From: a virus | Lineage: Duplodnaviria > Caudoviricetes | DNA length: 48,309 nt | Direction: 5' to 3' (one strand) | IMG/VR virus record: IMGVR_UViG_3300037462_000908 | Location: 1 to 48,309 of that record | Shown here: one piece after another, positions 1 through 9,358 of the stretch | Layout of the letters: each line of letters opens with the position of its first letter | Position numbering within the stretch: position 1 is the first letter of the stretch | Position numbers and translations under genes: made by a program | The notes under the pieces: model-generated | What the model was told of the DNA's origin: nothing | The model's input: the letters and a program-made list of their open reading frames with translations, nothing else | The model's database searches: none

Positions 1-1653
1 TTATATACCTCCTATTATGTTTGCTTCAATGTTATCACTTGATAAAATTGGAAGGCTTGGCTCTTCCAAAACTAAGTTGCCATTATATTTATAAATTTTA
101 AACTCCCAAGAATCCCCAAGAACATAAGAACCCGCATTGATTTTAAGAGAAATCTCGTTGGTATTGACTTGTTGAGTTACATTATAATTGCCAAAAAAAG
201 CGTTGTTTCTGATTAGCTGATACTCTGTTGAAGAGGAGAAGATAATTTTCCAACTTACTGTATTTTGAGAACCTTCAAGAATATCTACTTCCCAGTCCAA
301 TACCTTATTCGTAAGAGGTTTTGCGTATGGAATAGGATAAATTTTAATTAAATCGGAATAATCCACACCTTCAGCAGTTTCAATAGCTTGGTAAATATCT
401 CCAATAGCTATTTTACCCTTTACCTTTACCTTTACCTTATTTTTATTTGAACCTAATGCTACTATGTTATTGATAGCATTATTCAAAACAGTATTTTTTA
501 CATAATTTGGTAATATGTAAATATCAACTTTCATTTTAATCTGCACTTCCCCAGCAGCATAAACATTGAGTTTATGACCAAACATCTTAATTGGAAGTAA
601 ATAATCATATACATCATCAATGAGAGCTTGGCTAGCTATGCCTCCACCAGTAGGATATATGTATAAATTAATACTTTGACAGCTATGCTCTTCTCCAGCT
701 CTTTCAACACCAGGGTATAGTTCTGCTAATGCCACATAGTCTTCAGGTGTAACAGCCCTTTTGAGGGTACTTCTGTGTAAAGGAATTCTCTTTTTAAGGT
801 CTATTAGCGTTTCTGCGTTTGTTCCTCCAGATGCTTTTGTAGTATTTTTACACTTCAAAATCATTCCACTTGGAACTGTAACAGAAGAAATAACATCTGT
901 AATTTTATTTGCTCCAACATTGCCATTTAGACCTTCAGAAACATAATAAGAAGCCAAAACAGTTTCTAAATTAGTTGGTATTTTTCCCGTGATGCCGTCA
1001 CCAAGTTTTACTTGCATTCTATTGTCCTTGTTAATGGAGGGGATAAAATGCAAATCATCTTTTGTGGAAAAGAAAAATGTATCTACTTGCCCATAAACAT
1101 TGGTCCCAATGGTAAGAATTATATCATAATCCACAACTTTTTCAGGCAGTAAAAATACTTGTGATGGTTGTCCATTTGTTGTGCCAATATTGATATTTTG
1201 GTATTTTTGATATTGGAAAGCTCCAACTGTTGCCTGAGTGTTACCTGTTGTGATGGTTACATTTTGCTTTGTTACAAAAGGGATATTATCTTCAGTAGAA
1301 ACTATGGTGCCTGCGGGAATCACTACGTTTGAGGGAGCAGGGGTATCAAAATAAAAAGTAATATCAGCACTTGCAGGATAAGAACCTTTTACTCTATAAT
1401 TAGATGATTCTGCTGCCAAAATACCAGACTCAAACCTTTTTGCTACTGGTAAAAATGCCTCCTGAGTTCTCCTATCGAGATAATAATGTAGATTTTCTAA
1501 AATTCCTGCCCAAATTTTAGAAAACTGAAATAATGGGTCATTATCTATATCAGTAATTTCAGGAAGATACAAAGGAAACTTAGATTTTATATCCTCTTCG
1601 ATTTGCTCTGAAGAACGGTTTAAATACCCTATAAATTTATCACTAGCACTCAT
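1..1653 (-). CDS. Baseplate wedge J-like protein
   Basis: 550 aa; EAFLPVAKRFES, GTTNGQPSQVF, LGDGITGKIP, ASGGTNAET and RAVTPEDY motifs; follows a gp25-like gene. Confidence 0.88.
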   Translation of the reverse strand: MSASDKFIGYLNRSSEQIEEDIKSKFPLYLPEITDIDNDPLFQFSKIWAGILENLHYYLDRRTQEAFLPVAKRFESGILAAESSNYRVKGSYPASADITFYFDTPAPSNVVIPAGTIVSTEDNIPFVTKQNVTITTGNTQATVGAFQYQKYQNINIGTTNGQPSQVFLLPEKVVDYDIILTIGTNVYGQVDTFFFSTKDDLHFIPSINKDNRMQVKLGDGITGKIPTNLETVLASYYVSEGLNGNVGANKITDVISSVTVPSGMILKCKNTTKASGGTNAETLIDLKKRIPLHRSTLKRAVTPEDYVALAELYPGVERAGEEHSCQSINLYIYPTGGGIASQALIDDVYDYLLPIKMFGHKLNVYAAGEVQIKMKVDIYILPNYVKNTVLNNAINNIVALGSNKNKVKVKVKGKIAIGDIYQAIETAEGVDYSDLIKIYPIPYAKPLTNKVLDWEVDILEGSQNTVSWKIIFSSSTEYQLIRNNAFFGNYNVTQQVNTNEISLKINAGSYVLGDSWEFKIYKYNGNLVLEEPSLPILSSDNIEANIIGGI

Positions 1654-1988
1654 ATCGTTGGGATTTCTAATTCAGTAGTTTTGGGAATTAAGTCATTGAA
1701 TGACCAGATGATTTTTATACTCATTTTTTCTACATCTCTTGAGGTCACTACATCTATCAAATCTATATACTTAATGACACTCAATGTTTCTCTAATAGTT
1801 TGATTCGCTAAGGTGTCTAATATGTTGTCATTTTGTTCAAAAAGTAAACTTTCTATTTGACTGCCTCTTGACCTATTATAAAATATATCTCCAATCGGAG
1901 TTTCTATAAGCATCTTAATAATTTGGCTAACAGCTTGCTCTCCTTCAACATAAGTGCCATCGTACGGGAACTTGAGTATCTTAATCAT
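1650..1988 (-). CDS. Baseplate gp25/gpW-like protein
   Basis: 112 aa; IKMLIETPIGDIFYNRSRGSQIESLLFE resembles the gp25 L.T..GER...P.FGS.L..LLFE motif. Confidence 0.8.
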   Translation of the reverse strand: MIKILKFPYDGTYVEGEQAVSQIIKMLIETPIGDIFYNRSRGSQIESLLFEQNDNILDTLANQTIRETLSVIKYIDLIDVVTSRDVEKMSIKIIWSFNDLIPKTTELEIPTI

Positions 1989-2569
1989 GATAGTTTCACT
2001 TTTTCAGAAAGAAAATTTTTAGTCTTTTGTTCAAGAGCTTCAAACTGAGAAATATTTATAATTGCTGTTGAAGGAGCACCAGAACCACCACACAGAACTT
2101 TTAAGTTTTTTATTGCTAATAATAGTTCTTTCATAAAATCTTCTAACTTATTGCCAAGAGTTGCTTGCTCATTATCACCATTCAAGTTTACTGTATCTTC
2201 CATTTCAATCTTGGCACCTTTCTTATTTTGAATCAAAAGGTCTTGTTTTGATTTTAAAGTAAGGTTTTTGGATTGTGCCACCGCTCCATAACTCCAAATT
2301 GGGAATTTAATGTTTGATTGGATGAACTGTACCCAAACATTATCACCAATTTGAGGTATAAAAAGCACTCCACTTTTATCAGCATGCACTGACATAGGCA
2401 AAGCCCACTCCTCCAAAACTTTGTCTCCAAATGTGGGTATCTTAATTTTTAGCCTCGATAAATTTTCAGGGTCATTATTATCATACACAAGCCCAGCATA
2501 TACGCTAGGGAATATACCAAAGGCTTCAAAACCGTTCTCTTTTATCTTTTCTAAATCAGTCATGTACAA
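1985..2569 (-). CDS. Baseplate spike gpV/gp5 OB-fold protein
   Basis: VYDNNDPENLSRLKIKIP...WALP...FIPQIGDNVWVQF...PIW motif. Confidence 0.85.
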   Translation of the reverse strand: MYMTDLEKIKENGFEAFGIFPSVYAGLVYDNNDPENLSRLKIKIPTFGDKVLEEWALPMSVHADKSGVLFIPQIGDNVWVQFIQSNIKFPIWSYGAVAQSKNLTLKSKQDLLIQNKKGAKIEMEDTVNLNGDNEQATLGNKLEDFMKELLLAIKNLKVLCGGSGAPSTAIINISQFEALEQKTKNFLSEKVKLS

Positions 2570-2655
2570 ATTTATGTATTTTACTAAAAAAAATTAAATA
2601 AAATAAAAATTATTTATCAAAAATATACAAATTTGTAGTATAAAACTATACGCTT

Positions 2656-2904
2656 ATGCCACATACAAGTTTTGTAGAATTTCCTGCAGGCTCTATGCCT
2701 CGTGAAAAGGTAAGACAACTACACAGATACCTGAAAAAACATCCTGATACTAAAAATTCTTATGTTGGGCTTACAGGTAGAAAAATAGAGTTCACTTTTG
2801 AGACCAAAGAGGGGGCTGAAATCTTCATGAAGGATTTACAAGCTATGTTTAATCTTAGGAATACACAAACCATAACTAAAGAAGAGTATGTTAGTCGTCA
2901 ATAA
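2656..2904 (+). CDS. Hypothetical protein
   Basis: 82-aa ORF overlapping the start of the endolysin gene. Confidence 0.6.
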   Translation: MPHTSFVEFPAGSMPREKVRQLHRYLKKHPDTKNSYVGLTGRKIEFTFETKEGAEIFMKDLQAMFNLRNTQTITKEEYVSRQ

Positions 2905-3715
2905 AATACACGCTCAAAAAGCATTAAATAAAATATTAGCAAAGTATTATGCTGGTATTTCGGTTGAAGCATTCCAAAAATATGCTCAGGATAAAAAGCT
3001 ATACAGTGGTAAAATAGATGGAGATTTTGGGCTTTTATCTTATGCTGCTTTGTATGCTGACCTCATTAAGCCTGTGGAATTACAAGGTTTTACAGACTTT
3101 ATTCGTGCTGAGTTCCCCAAAGAGCAAATTGTGTTGCACCATTCTGCTGGTTGGGATAATGCTCGTGGCATGTTTGATTCTTGGCAAAAAGATGGACAAA
3201 GAGGCGTCGCTACAGCCATTGGCATTATTGATAATGGTACAATTGTGAGAGGCTATAATGAAGTATTCTGGGGGCATCACATTGGTTCTGAGAATTGGAA
3301 TAATGTGGCTTTGAACCAAAAAAGTGTTGCCGTTGAAATCTGTAATTTTGGGTGTTTGATGAAAAGGGAAGGCAAATATTTTGCATGGCCAAACAACTAC
3401 GGTACAAAGGGACCAGGAGTGGAAATACCAGAAAGTAAAGTTATCAAGCTCAATTATAAAGGCTTTGAATTTTATGAAGTCTATACGGATAAGGAAATAG
3501 AATCCCTCGAAAAGTGGATTTTAGTCATGAGCCTTCGTTGGAATATTGATTTGACTTATCGTCATCAAGATATGTTTCCTAACACTGGGCAGGTATCAGC
3601 AAGAGCATTACAGGGAACAAATGGTATGTTTACCCACAATAGTTTTATTGACTGGAAAACAGACATCAGCCCACAGCCAAAAATGATTTCAATGCTCGAA
3701 AAACTTGCCCAATAG
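2888..3715 (+). CDS. Endolysin: N-acetylmuramoyl-L-alanine amidase (Amidase_2) with N-terminal peptidoglycan-binding domain
   Basis: FQ...IDGDFG binding motif; IVLHHSAG, SVAVEICN, TH and KTDISP zinc-amidase motifs. Confidence 0.88.
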   Translation: MLVVNKIHAQKALNKILAKYYAGISVEAFQKYAQDKKLYSGKIDGDFGLLSYAALYADLIKPVELQGFTDFIRAEFPKEQIVLHHSAGWDNARGMFDSWQKDGQRGVATAIGIIDNGTIVRGYNEVFWGHHIGSENWNNVALNQKSVAVEICNFGCLMKREGKYFAWPNNYGTKGPGVEIPESKVIKLNYKGFEFYEVYTDKEIESLEKWILVMSLRWNIDLTYRHQDMFPNTGQVSARALQGTNGMFTHNSFIDWKTDISPQPKMISMLEKLAQ

Positions 3716-3766
3716 CTTATTAATCCCCTTTATATTTATCTGCAACACCACTTTACATTTATAAAT

Positions 3767-3937
3767 ATGCAACAACATTTAAAAAAAGATGCATGGGTTC
3801 AAACCTCTGAAAATGCACACAGAGCTTGGAGATACATTATGCAACTTAAACACCTGCTAGACAAATGTAAAGACAATGAGCAAGAAATTAATAAAGGGGA
3901 CAGTAAACGCCGAAGAAGTAGCAAACAGACTGATTGA
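3767..3937 (+). CDS. Small hypothetical protein (56 aa, not in ORF track)
   Basis: ATG 3767 to TGA 3937, MQQHLKKDAWVQTSENAHRAW...; fills the gap in the lysis operon. Confidence 0.4.
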   Translation: MQQHLKKDAWVQTSENAHRAWRYIMQLKHLLDKCKDNEQEINKGDSKRRRSSKQTD

Positions 3938-4406
3938 AGGTTTTTCTGAGGCAATATTTGAAATACAATCGGGAGTAGAATCTCTTATAGACGAAAAAGA
4001 CTCATACAAAGAGAAGTTAAAAGACATATTCAAAAGACTCGAGTCATTAAAGCATGACTCGATAGAAATGAAGCAAAAGTATGAGGAAGCTTTATCAATC
4101 ATTCAAAATTACGAACAAAGGATTAATCGTATGGAAAATCAAGATTTTGAAAAACGACTTACTCAACTTGAAGAATTTAGAAAAAACGTTGAAAAAGAAC
4201 GTGACAGGGAATATTCTTTATTGGAGAATACTAAAAAGCATGTTTATCAGCAAGAAGTAAAAAATGAGGTGGTAAAGGAGGATATTAAGGAGCAAAAGGA
4301 TACCAATAAAGAACAAACTGCTGAACTTAAAAAACTCGGTATTGAAATAGTAAAAATTATCAGTGTGGCTGGTAGTGTTGCTGCAATCTTCAAATATTTA
4401 TTATAA
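3876..4406 (+). CDS. Coiled-coil protein with C-terminal membrane anchor (lysis cassette)
   Basis: Heptad-rich body and hydrophobic C-terminus IVKIISVAGSVAAIFKYLL. Confidence 0.6.
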   Translation: MSKKLIKGTVNAEEVANRLIEGFSEAIFEIQSGVESLIDEKDSYKEKLKDIFKRLESLKHDSIEMKQKYEEALSIIQNYEQRINRMENQDFEKRLTQLEEFRKNVEKERDREYSLLENTKKHVYQQEVKNEVVKEDIKEQKDTNKEQTAELKKLGIEIVKIISVAGSVAAIFKYLL

Positions 4407-4684
4407 TGAAAAAAGTTAAATTATTCTTCATTGAATTATGGGAGAGAATTTTTGCAGAAACGCCTAAATTCTTCAAGATTATCCGAAACTTCTTCTTTTC
4501 TCTAGGAGGGTTATCCTTCCTATCATCTTTGGCAATAGAAGGATTAGGTCAGATACAATACATGCCTACTAACTGGACTTGGATTGAGCAATCACTCAGG
4601 GTTATGGCATTTGTTGGTTTTGTTGGTTCAGGAATAGCACAACTTGCGAAAGTAGATAAAAAACAAGAAGATGGACAAAAGTAA
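4406..4684 (+). CDS. Putative holin (2 TM)
   Basis: 92 aa, two hydrophobic helices, charged C-terminus, TPKFFK motif, downstream of the endolysin. Confidence 0.65.
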   Translation: MKKVKLFFIELWERIFAETPKFFKIIRNFFFSLGGLSFLSSLAIEGLGQIQYMPTNWTWIEQSLRVMAFVGFVGSGIAQLAKVDKKQEDGQK

Positions 4685-4925
4685 TATCGGGTTATCAATC
4701 GTTTGTGCCGTCTTATTGGCGTTTTGCTTCTATTTTGGTTTAGGCTGGAAGGAAGAAAAAAAGGAAAAAGACAATCTAATCTTTGAAAAAAAGAAGGTTG
4801 AGATGGAACTAAAGATTTATAAAAACTCTGTAAAGGATGAGGTTTTACAAAAGCAAATTGAGAAGCAGTCTGATAGTGTTAGGAATGCTATTGACTTTTT
4901 TGGCGGAGGGGCAGACTCCCTGTAA
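4671..4925 (+). CDS. Putative inner-membrane spanin-like protein
   Basis: N-terminal TM plus coiled coil, overlapping the next gene in an Rz/Rz1-like layout. Confidence 0.45.
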   Translation: MDKSNIGLSIVCAVLLAFCFYFGLGWKEEKKEKDNLIFEKKKVEMELKIYKNSVKDEVLQKQIEKQSDSVRNAIDFFGGGADSL

Positions 4926-5205
4926 GAGTTGCAAAGATAGTTTATCTACGGCTATGCAATACGGTAGGCTATTATCCAAAAATATTATTCTAAGGGATAG
5001 CCTCTTAAAAGTAAGGGCTGTAATTATTGAAGACCTAAAAGCTATCAATGTAAATTCAGAGATTGAAAAAGACAGCCTCAAAACTGTATTGAGTTTAGTT
5101 GAAGTTAAAATATCCAAAATTGATAAAAAACTTAAAAATGTTCAAAAGCAAAGGAACTCATTGGGCATTTTTTCAATATTATTAATCATTTTATTACTTC
5201 TATGA
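4837..5205 (+). CDS. Putative spanin-like protein (signal peptide, coiled coil, C-terminal TM)
   Basis: Overlaps the upstream gene; hydrophobic N- and C-termini; CKSC after the signal region. Confidence 0.45.
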   Translation: MRFYKSKLRSSLIVLGMLLTFLAEGQTPCKSCKDSLSTAMQYGRLLSKNIILRDSLLKVRAVIIEDLKAINVNSEIEKDSLKTVLSLVEVKISKIDKKLKNVQKQRNSLGIFSILLIILLLL

Positions 5206-6095
5206 TTTTAGAGGAAGAAATTTTAAAACTCTTTCCATCATTTTTCAAAAAATATGATGCGAATAAAGATATAAACAATGAAGGGACTCTGGAAAGGTTC
5301 AACAAGCTTCTGGCTTCAGAAGTGGATGATAATTTTATGGAGTCCCTTCAAAACTTCCTTCAAAACACTTTAGATGTAAAAAATATGAGTCCTGCTTTTC
5401 TTCCATACATGGAAAAATTGAGAGGTACGGATAAGTTTTCTTTTGATTTTCCTCCTTTTGACAATCAGAATGCAAGTCAGCTCCCGAGTGATATTTTGGC
5501 ATTGATGAGGCATAGGATTCTTACAACTGATCGTTCTAAGCAAAACATAAGGGTTGATGGAGCAAATGAGTATGCAATAGACTACACTGATGGAGTTTAT
5601 GTAACCAGCCAAGCAATAGCAGCAGCTCAGCCAAAAATCACAGAAGATGGATGGTATTTCAACGGAAGCAACCAACAAATGGTTACAAATAACATACCTG
5701 ATGTTGTTTTTGCAGTAGTTGTGGCAAATTCAACAAGAAATTTTGTTGTATATGATTGTTTTATTTCAAGTTATCAGGGAGGTGTACCTTATGCAAGCAT
5801 TATGGGTCAAAATGATACAACACTATTTCAACAAGTAGGTAGTGGGCAATATACGCAATCAGACATGAGAGTAAATAATATTCCAAGTACTGAATTTTCT
5901 CCTAATAATGTTTTTAAAGTTATCAGTGCCAAATTTGGAACAAAAACAGCAAATTTTTATGATATAGGTTTCAATGATGGAGGAAATGGAGCTCTTCAGG
6001 GAACAATAAAAGACATTATGTTTTTTCATACGGAGCCGTCAGAAGAACAAAAAACAATTATTCAAAATTACCTAGAAGCTTTTCATAATTTATAA
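5202..6095 (+). CDS. P2 gpI-like baseplate N-terminal part fused to a beta-rich (lectin/LamG-like) domain
   Basis: LFPSFFKKYD...LERF...MSPAFLPYMEKLRG N-terminus; later QP...WYFNGSNQQM and GTIKDIMFF...IQNYL resemble concanavalin-like folds. Confidence 0.55.
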   Translation: MILEEEILKLFPSFFKKYDANKDINNEGTLERFNKLLASEVDDNFMESLQNFLQNTLDVKNMSPAFLPYMEKLRGTDKFSFDFPPFDNQNASQLPSDILALMRHRILTTDRSKQNIRVDGANEYAIDYTDGVYVTSQAIAAAQPKITEDGWYFNGSNQQMVTNNIPDVVFAVVVANSTRNFVVYDCFISSYQGGVPYASIMGQNDTTLFQQVGSGQYTQSDMRVNNIPSTEFSPNNVFKVISAKFGTKTANFYDIGFNDGGNGALQGTIKDIMFFHTEPSEEQKTIIQNYLEAFHNL

Positions 6096-6096
6096 T

Positions 6097-6327
6097 ATGT
6101 TTATTTCTTTTCTAAATATAGAGGCAGCCAACGAGGCTTTAGATATAATTAATAGTCATTATGGGTTTCCAGATTTCAAAGGGACAGAGTCTTGGGATGT
6201 CGCTTTGAAAGCTCTTAATCAAAATGTATGGTTTATAAGAGCTCCCAAGGAAGAGATTTTGGCAAATATCACATACCATGAATTTTTAGAAAATATCAAT
6301 CAATATTTCCCAATTCAAGAAAAATGA
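6097..6327 (+). CDS. Hypothetical protein
   Basis: 76-aa ORF tightly coupled to both neighbours. Confidence 0.6.
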   Translation: MFISFLNIEAANEALDIINSHYGFPDFKGTESWDVALKALNQNVWFIRAPKEEILANITYHEFLENINQYFPIQEK

Positions 6328-6710
6328 TAGTAGATAGCTTGACAATAAGAAGAAAATTCTTAGAGCATTCTGAGGAAATACATCAACTCAAAGGCACAAA
6401 AAAGGTCTTGGAGGTATTATTTTCTTGGTTGGGGTTCTATGATATTGTTTTTGAAGAAATTTTCCCAAATACATTTGGATTTGATAGCCCTTATGAACTT
6501 GATAGTATAAGCAGAATATTTGATAACAAGTGTTCACAATGTAGCAGGCTCAATATCATGATGAAACATGATAATATTAGTGATGGGCTAAAAGACACAG
6601 TTATATCTATTGTGAAATGGAATACTCCCTATAAAGTGGAAGCTTTTGTATATTATAATGGGGAGGCATCAGGAACTTTTGATAATACATTCGCAAATCA
6701 ATTTTTATAA
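6324..6710 (+). CDS. P2 gpI-like baseplate protein, C-terminal part
   Basis: RRKFLEHSEEIHQLKGTKKVLEVLFSWLG matches the gpI RR..I......KGT...L...L..LG motif; ends IVKWNTP. Confidence 0.6.
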   Translation: MIVDSLTIRRKFLEHSEEIHQLKGTKKVLEVLFSWLGFYDIVFEEIFPNTFGFDSPYELDSISRIFDNKCSQCSRLNIMMKHDNISDGLKDTVISIVKWNTPYKVEAFVYYNGEASGTFDNTFANQFL

Positions 6711-6711
6711 A

Positions 6712-7656
6712 ATGAAAGAATATTTAAAATATCAAGAAGATGATTCAACAGCATTGTTGAATTCTTGGCTAAACGGAGTCCTACCAAGTGGAGTATATTG
6801 TGGATTTGATGCCTTGGATTTTCAGGCTGATATGATTTTGAGGCTAACACAATCTTTAGCCCCTGAGCATATTGATATGAGTGGTAATGGTAGCAAGGTA
6901 GGGGTTGTGAGAACCAAACAAGGAGTTATTTTAGCAGAAGACCAGAATATTAATTTTGATATAGCTCCTACTACCACTTTGCCTCGAATTGATGTAATAT
7001 ACATACAATATCAATACCAAGCCGTTGCAAATCCTCCTTTGCCATTTTATTCTATTTTAAAAGGGACGCCATCATCCACACCTACAGCACCCGATTTAAC
7101 GACACCAGCTTTACAGGTCAAGATAGCTGAATTGTATTTACCTGCAAACTGTGAAACCTTGAATGAACCAGGAGTGAGGTACATTAAATCTCCCTCTCCA
7201 ATATTATATAGAAATCCTCAAAGCCTTGTAATTGTTAAAACTGGGACTGCTGGACCTTTGCCAACTCAAAGTCTTATATTTACAAATTATGTAAAAATAC
7301 AAGATACAAAAAATGAATTTAATACAACCACAGGCATTTTTACAGCTATTGAAGATGGGTTTTATTTTGCGTCAATAACAGTTAGGTTTGACTTTGGGGA
7401 AGCTGGGACTGGAAGATGGTTTGGTATGTGTCATATTGAGAAATTCAATGCAAATTCTAATGCTTGGGAGGTAGTAAATAGTGTTTTTCATAATACTGAC
7501 CCAGGAGGTTATTATCAGGCAAATAAAACATTAATTGGTATAACCTATGTAAAAAAAGGGGAAAAGATAAGATTCAAGATAGAGAACCCTGGTGATGCTC
7601 CAATAAATTCTTATGACAATAATGTTTTCATATTCAAAATGCCATTACTAGATTAA
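6712..7656 (+). CDS. Tail fibre / receptor-binding protein with C-terminal C1q-like domain
   Basis: GVYCGF and LPRIDVI...GTPS..PTAP fibre N-terminus; FNTTTGIFTAIEDGFYF C1q-like motif; likely start ATG 6712. Confidence 0.7.
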   Translation: MKEYLKYQEDDSTALLNSWLNGVLPSGVYCGFDALDFQADMILRLTQSLAPEHIDMSGNGSKVGVVRTKQGVILAEDQNINFDIAPTTTLPRIDVIYIQYQYQAVANPPLPFYSILKGTPSSTPTAPDLTTPALQVKIAELYLPANCETLNEPGVRYIKSPSPILYRNPQSLVIVKTGTAGPLPTQSLIFTNYVKIQDTKNEFNTTTGIFTAIEDGFYFASITVRFDFGEAGTGRWFGMCHIEKFNANSNAWEVVNSVFHNTDPGGYYQANKTLIGITYVKKGEKIRFKIENPGDAPINSYDNNVFIFKMPLLD

Positions 7657-7668
7657 TAAGCGAAAATC

Positions 7669-7702
7669 AAAAACCCTCAAGCCTTTGGAGTGAGGGTTTT
7701 TT
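7669..7702. terminator. Bidirectional intrinsic terminator
   Basis: AAAAACCCTCA...TGAGGGTTTTT between convergent genes. Confidence 0.8.
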
Positions 7703-7703
7703 C

Positions 7704-8009
7704 TCATCGGTTTTGAAATTCCCACTTTTCGACTAAAATGTAGTTAAAGGTATTGCCATCACGAATTTTGTTTTTAATCTTGCCCTGAATGGTAATAGAA
7801 GAGTTTTTTTTGACATATTTCATAACAGACTCCTGTAAGTCTGTTGGAAACTGGAGGGAATGAAAGTCCTCAATTTGTTTTTTGACGCCATCAATCATCA
7901 TGTATTCATTAGTAACGAGGGTTACTTTTACTTTGGCTTCATGTGTCTTGGCATCTGTGAATTGAATAGGGTCTTTGGTTACCCTTCCTGAAAGAATTGC
8001 AATGTTCAT
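7704..8009 (-). CDS. ssb: Single-stranded DNA-binding protein (short, no acidic tail)
   Basis: MNIAILSGRVTKDP...LVTNE...FH...KKNSSITIQGKI OB-fold motif. Confidence 0.8.
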   Translation of the reverse strand: MNIAILSGRVTKDPIQFTDAKTHEAKVKVTLVTNEYMMIDGVKKQIEDFHSLQFPTDLQESVMKYVKKNSSITIQGKIKNKIRDGNTFNYILVEKWEFQNR

Positions 8010-8043
8010 ATTCCATAAGATTATATAATTAAAATTGTCAGAT

Positions 8044-8077
8044 AAAAAGCCCCACCCAATAGGGCGGGGTTTATTTT
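8044..8077. terminator. Intrinsic terminator-like hairpin
   Basis: AAAAAGCCCCACCC-AATA-GGGCGGGGTTT. Confidence 0.6.
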
Positions 8078-8093
8078 GCTAGATTATTATTCA

Positions 8094-8693
8094 CTATTGT
8101 TCAAATGGATATTTATCATGGAAGATATTATCCAAATTGTATTGTAATTCTGAATGCTCTAATAATACTTCATCGGGCAATTCTGTTGGGAGTTCTCCCA
8201 TGATACTATATTCAGAATTTAAGCCACTACCTTTTTTAGTAATTACAAAATCATATTTGGTAGGGTCTGCCCAACTTTGTTTTTTCAAATAGCCTAAAAT
8301 TCCAGCTATTAGACTTTTTTGAGTTATTTCAAGCACTTGGAATTTTTGTGTTTTCTGATTGAAAACTAAGAAAGCCCAAAAATACTTAGGGTCTTCAAAA
8401 ACCTTTTCACCACTTTTCTTGGTGATTGTTTTTGCGTTCATTTTTTGAAGCTCCTCATTTGTGAAATAAGATTCTTTTAAAATCTTTTTGTCATCATTGG
8501 GGTCTCTTTTGATTTTTCTTCTGATAGGTTTCGAGTTTTCATCATTGGTTTTCTCACTAAAGAAAACATACCCTTCAATGATTCGACTCATAATCCTAAC
8601 TTGATACTCTCCTTCTTCTTTGAAGCTAAGGAATTGGTCTGCTTTGCTAGGGATTTCAAAATCCTCTGTTGAATTGACTGGTAAGAACTGCAT
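8094..8693 (-). CDS. Putative ssDNA-binding/annealing protein (gp32-like)
   Basis: FWAFLVFN...QVLEITQKS...DPTKYDFVITKKGSGLNSEYSI; lies between ssb and gp157. Confidence 0.5.
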   Translation of the reverse strand: MQFLPVNSTEDFEIPSKADQFLSFKEEGEYQVRIMSRIIEGYVFFSEKTNDENSKPIRRKIKRDPNDDKKILKESYFTNEELQKMNAKTITKKSGEKVFEDPKYFWAFLVFNQKTQKFQVLEITQKSLIAGILGYLKKQSWADPTKYDFVITKKGSGLNSEYSIMGELPTELPDEVLLEHSELQYNLDNIFHDKYPFEQ

Positions 8694-8740
8694 ACTTTTT
8701 GACTTTTAAGGTTTAAAAAAATTACACTACGCTTTAAAGC

Positions 8741-8849
8741 ATATACAAAGTAAGTAAATAAATAATTTATTTACAAATGTTTCATTATATTTTTTTTAAT
8801 TAAATAAATTATTTATATATTTGTATAGACAATTTTAATATTCATTCAC
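8741..8849. promoter_or_regulatory. Divergent pair of repeated phage promoter elements
   Basis: Minus-strand copy (8741-8800) and partial plus-strand copy (TATATTTG at 8816-8823) of the element at 12166 and 23341. Confidence 0.65.
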
Positions 8850-8866
8850 CTTTAAATCATTTACTT

Positions 8867-9358
8867 ATGGAAAAAACAGGAATGTTTCAAATCTCAAGTC
8901 AGTACAGAGAGCTTGTAGAAGAGCTTGAAAATGCTGATGGAGAGTTCACTCCCGAACTATCAGAAAAGCTAAAACTTACAGAAGAAGACCTCAAAGCCAA
9001 AGCAGAAGCCTACGGTTTTGTAATTAAATCAAAGAAATCAAGAGTGGAGCATGCCAAAAACATGAAAAAACATTATGATGCTTTGATTAAAAAAGAGGAG
9101 GCTGATATAGAAAGATTAGAATTTAATCTAATCAGGGCTATTGGAATTTATGGGGAAATTAAAACACCTTCGTTTAAATTCTCAATTTCTCCAAGCGAAG
9201 TGGTAAATATTGAGAATAAGAATGAAATACCTAAAAAATTCCTGAAAGTAGTAGAAGCAGAACCCGATATATCGGCAATAAAAGTGGCTTTAAAAGCAGG
9301 AGAAAAAGTAAAAGGAGCTGTTTTAGCTAAGAATAGTAATTTAAGAATCGGAAAATAG
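8867..9358 (+). CDS. Siphovirus Gp157 family protein
   Basis: Coiled coil, KAEAYGFVIK, IPKKFLK...PDISAIKVALKAGEKVKGA.L....NLRI. Confidence 0.85.
   Translation: MEKTGMFQISSQYRELVEELENADGEFTPELSEKLKLTEEDLKAKAEAYGFVIKSKKSRVEHAKNMKKHYDALIKKEEADIERLEFNLIRAIGIYGEIKTPSFKFSISPSEVVNIENKNEIPKKFLKVVEAEPDISAIKVALKAGEKVKGAVLAKNSNLRIGK

Noticed and set aside
5202-7656. Diversity-generating retroelement or invertible fibre cassette
   Set aside because: No reverse transcriptase, template/variable repeat pair or invertase seen
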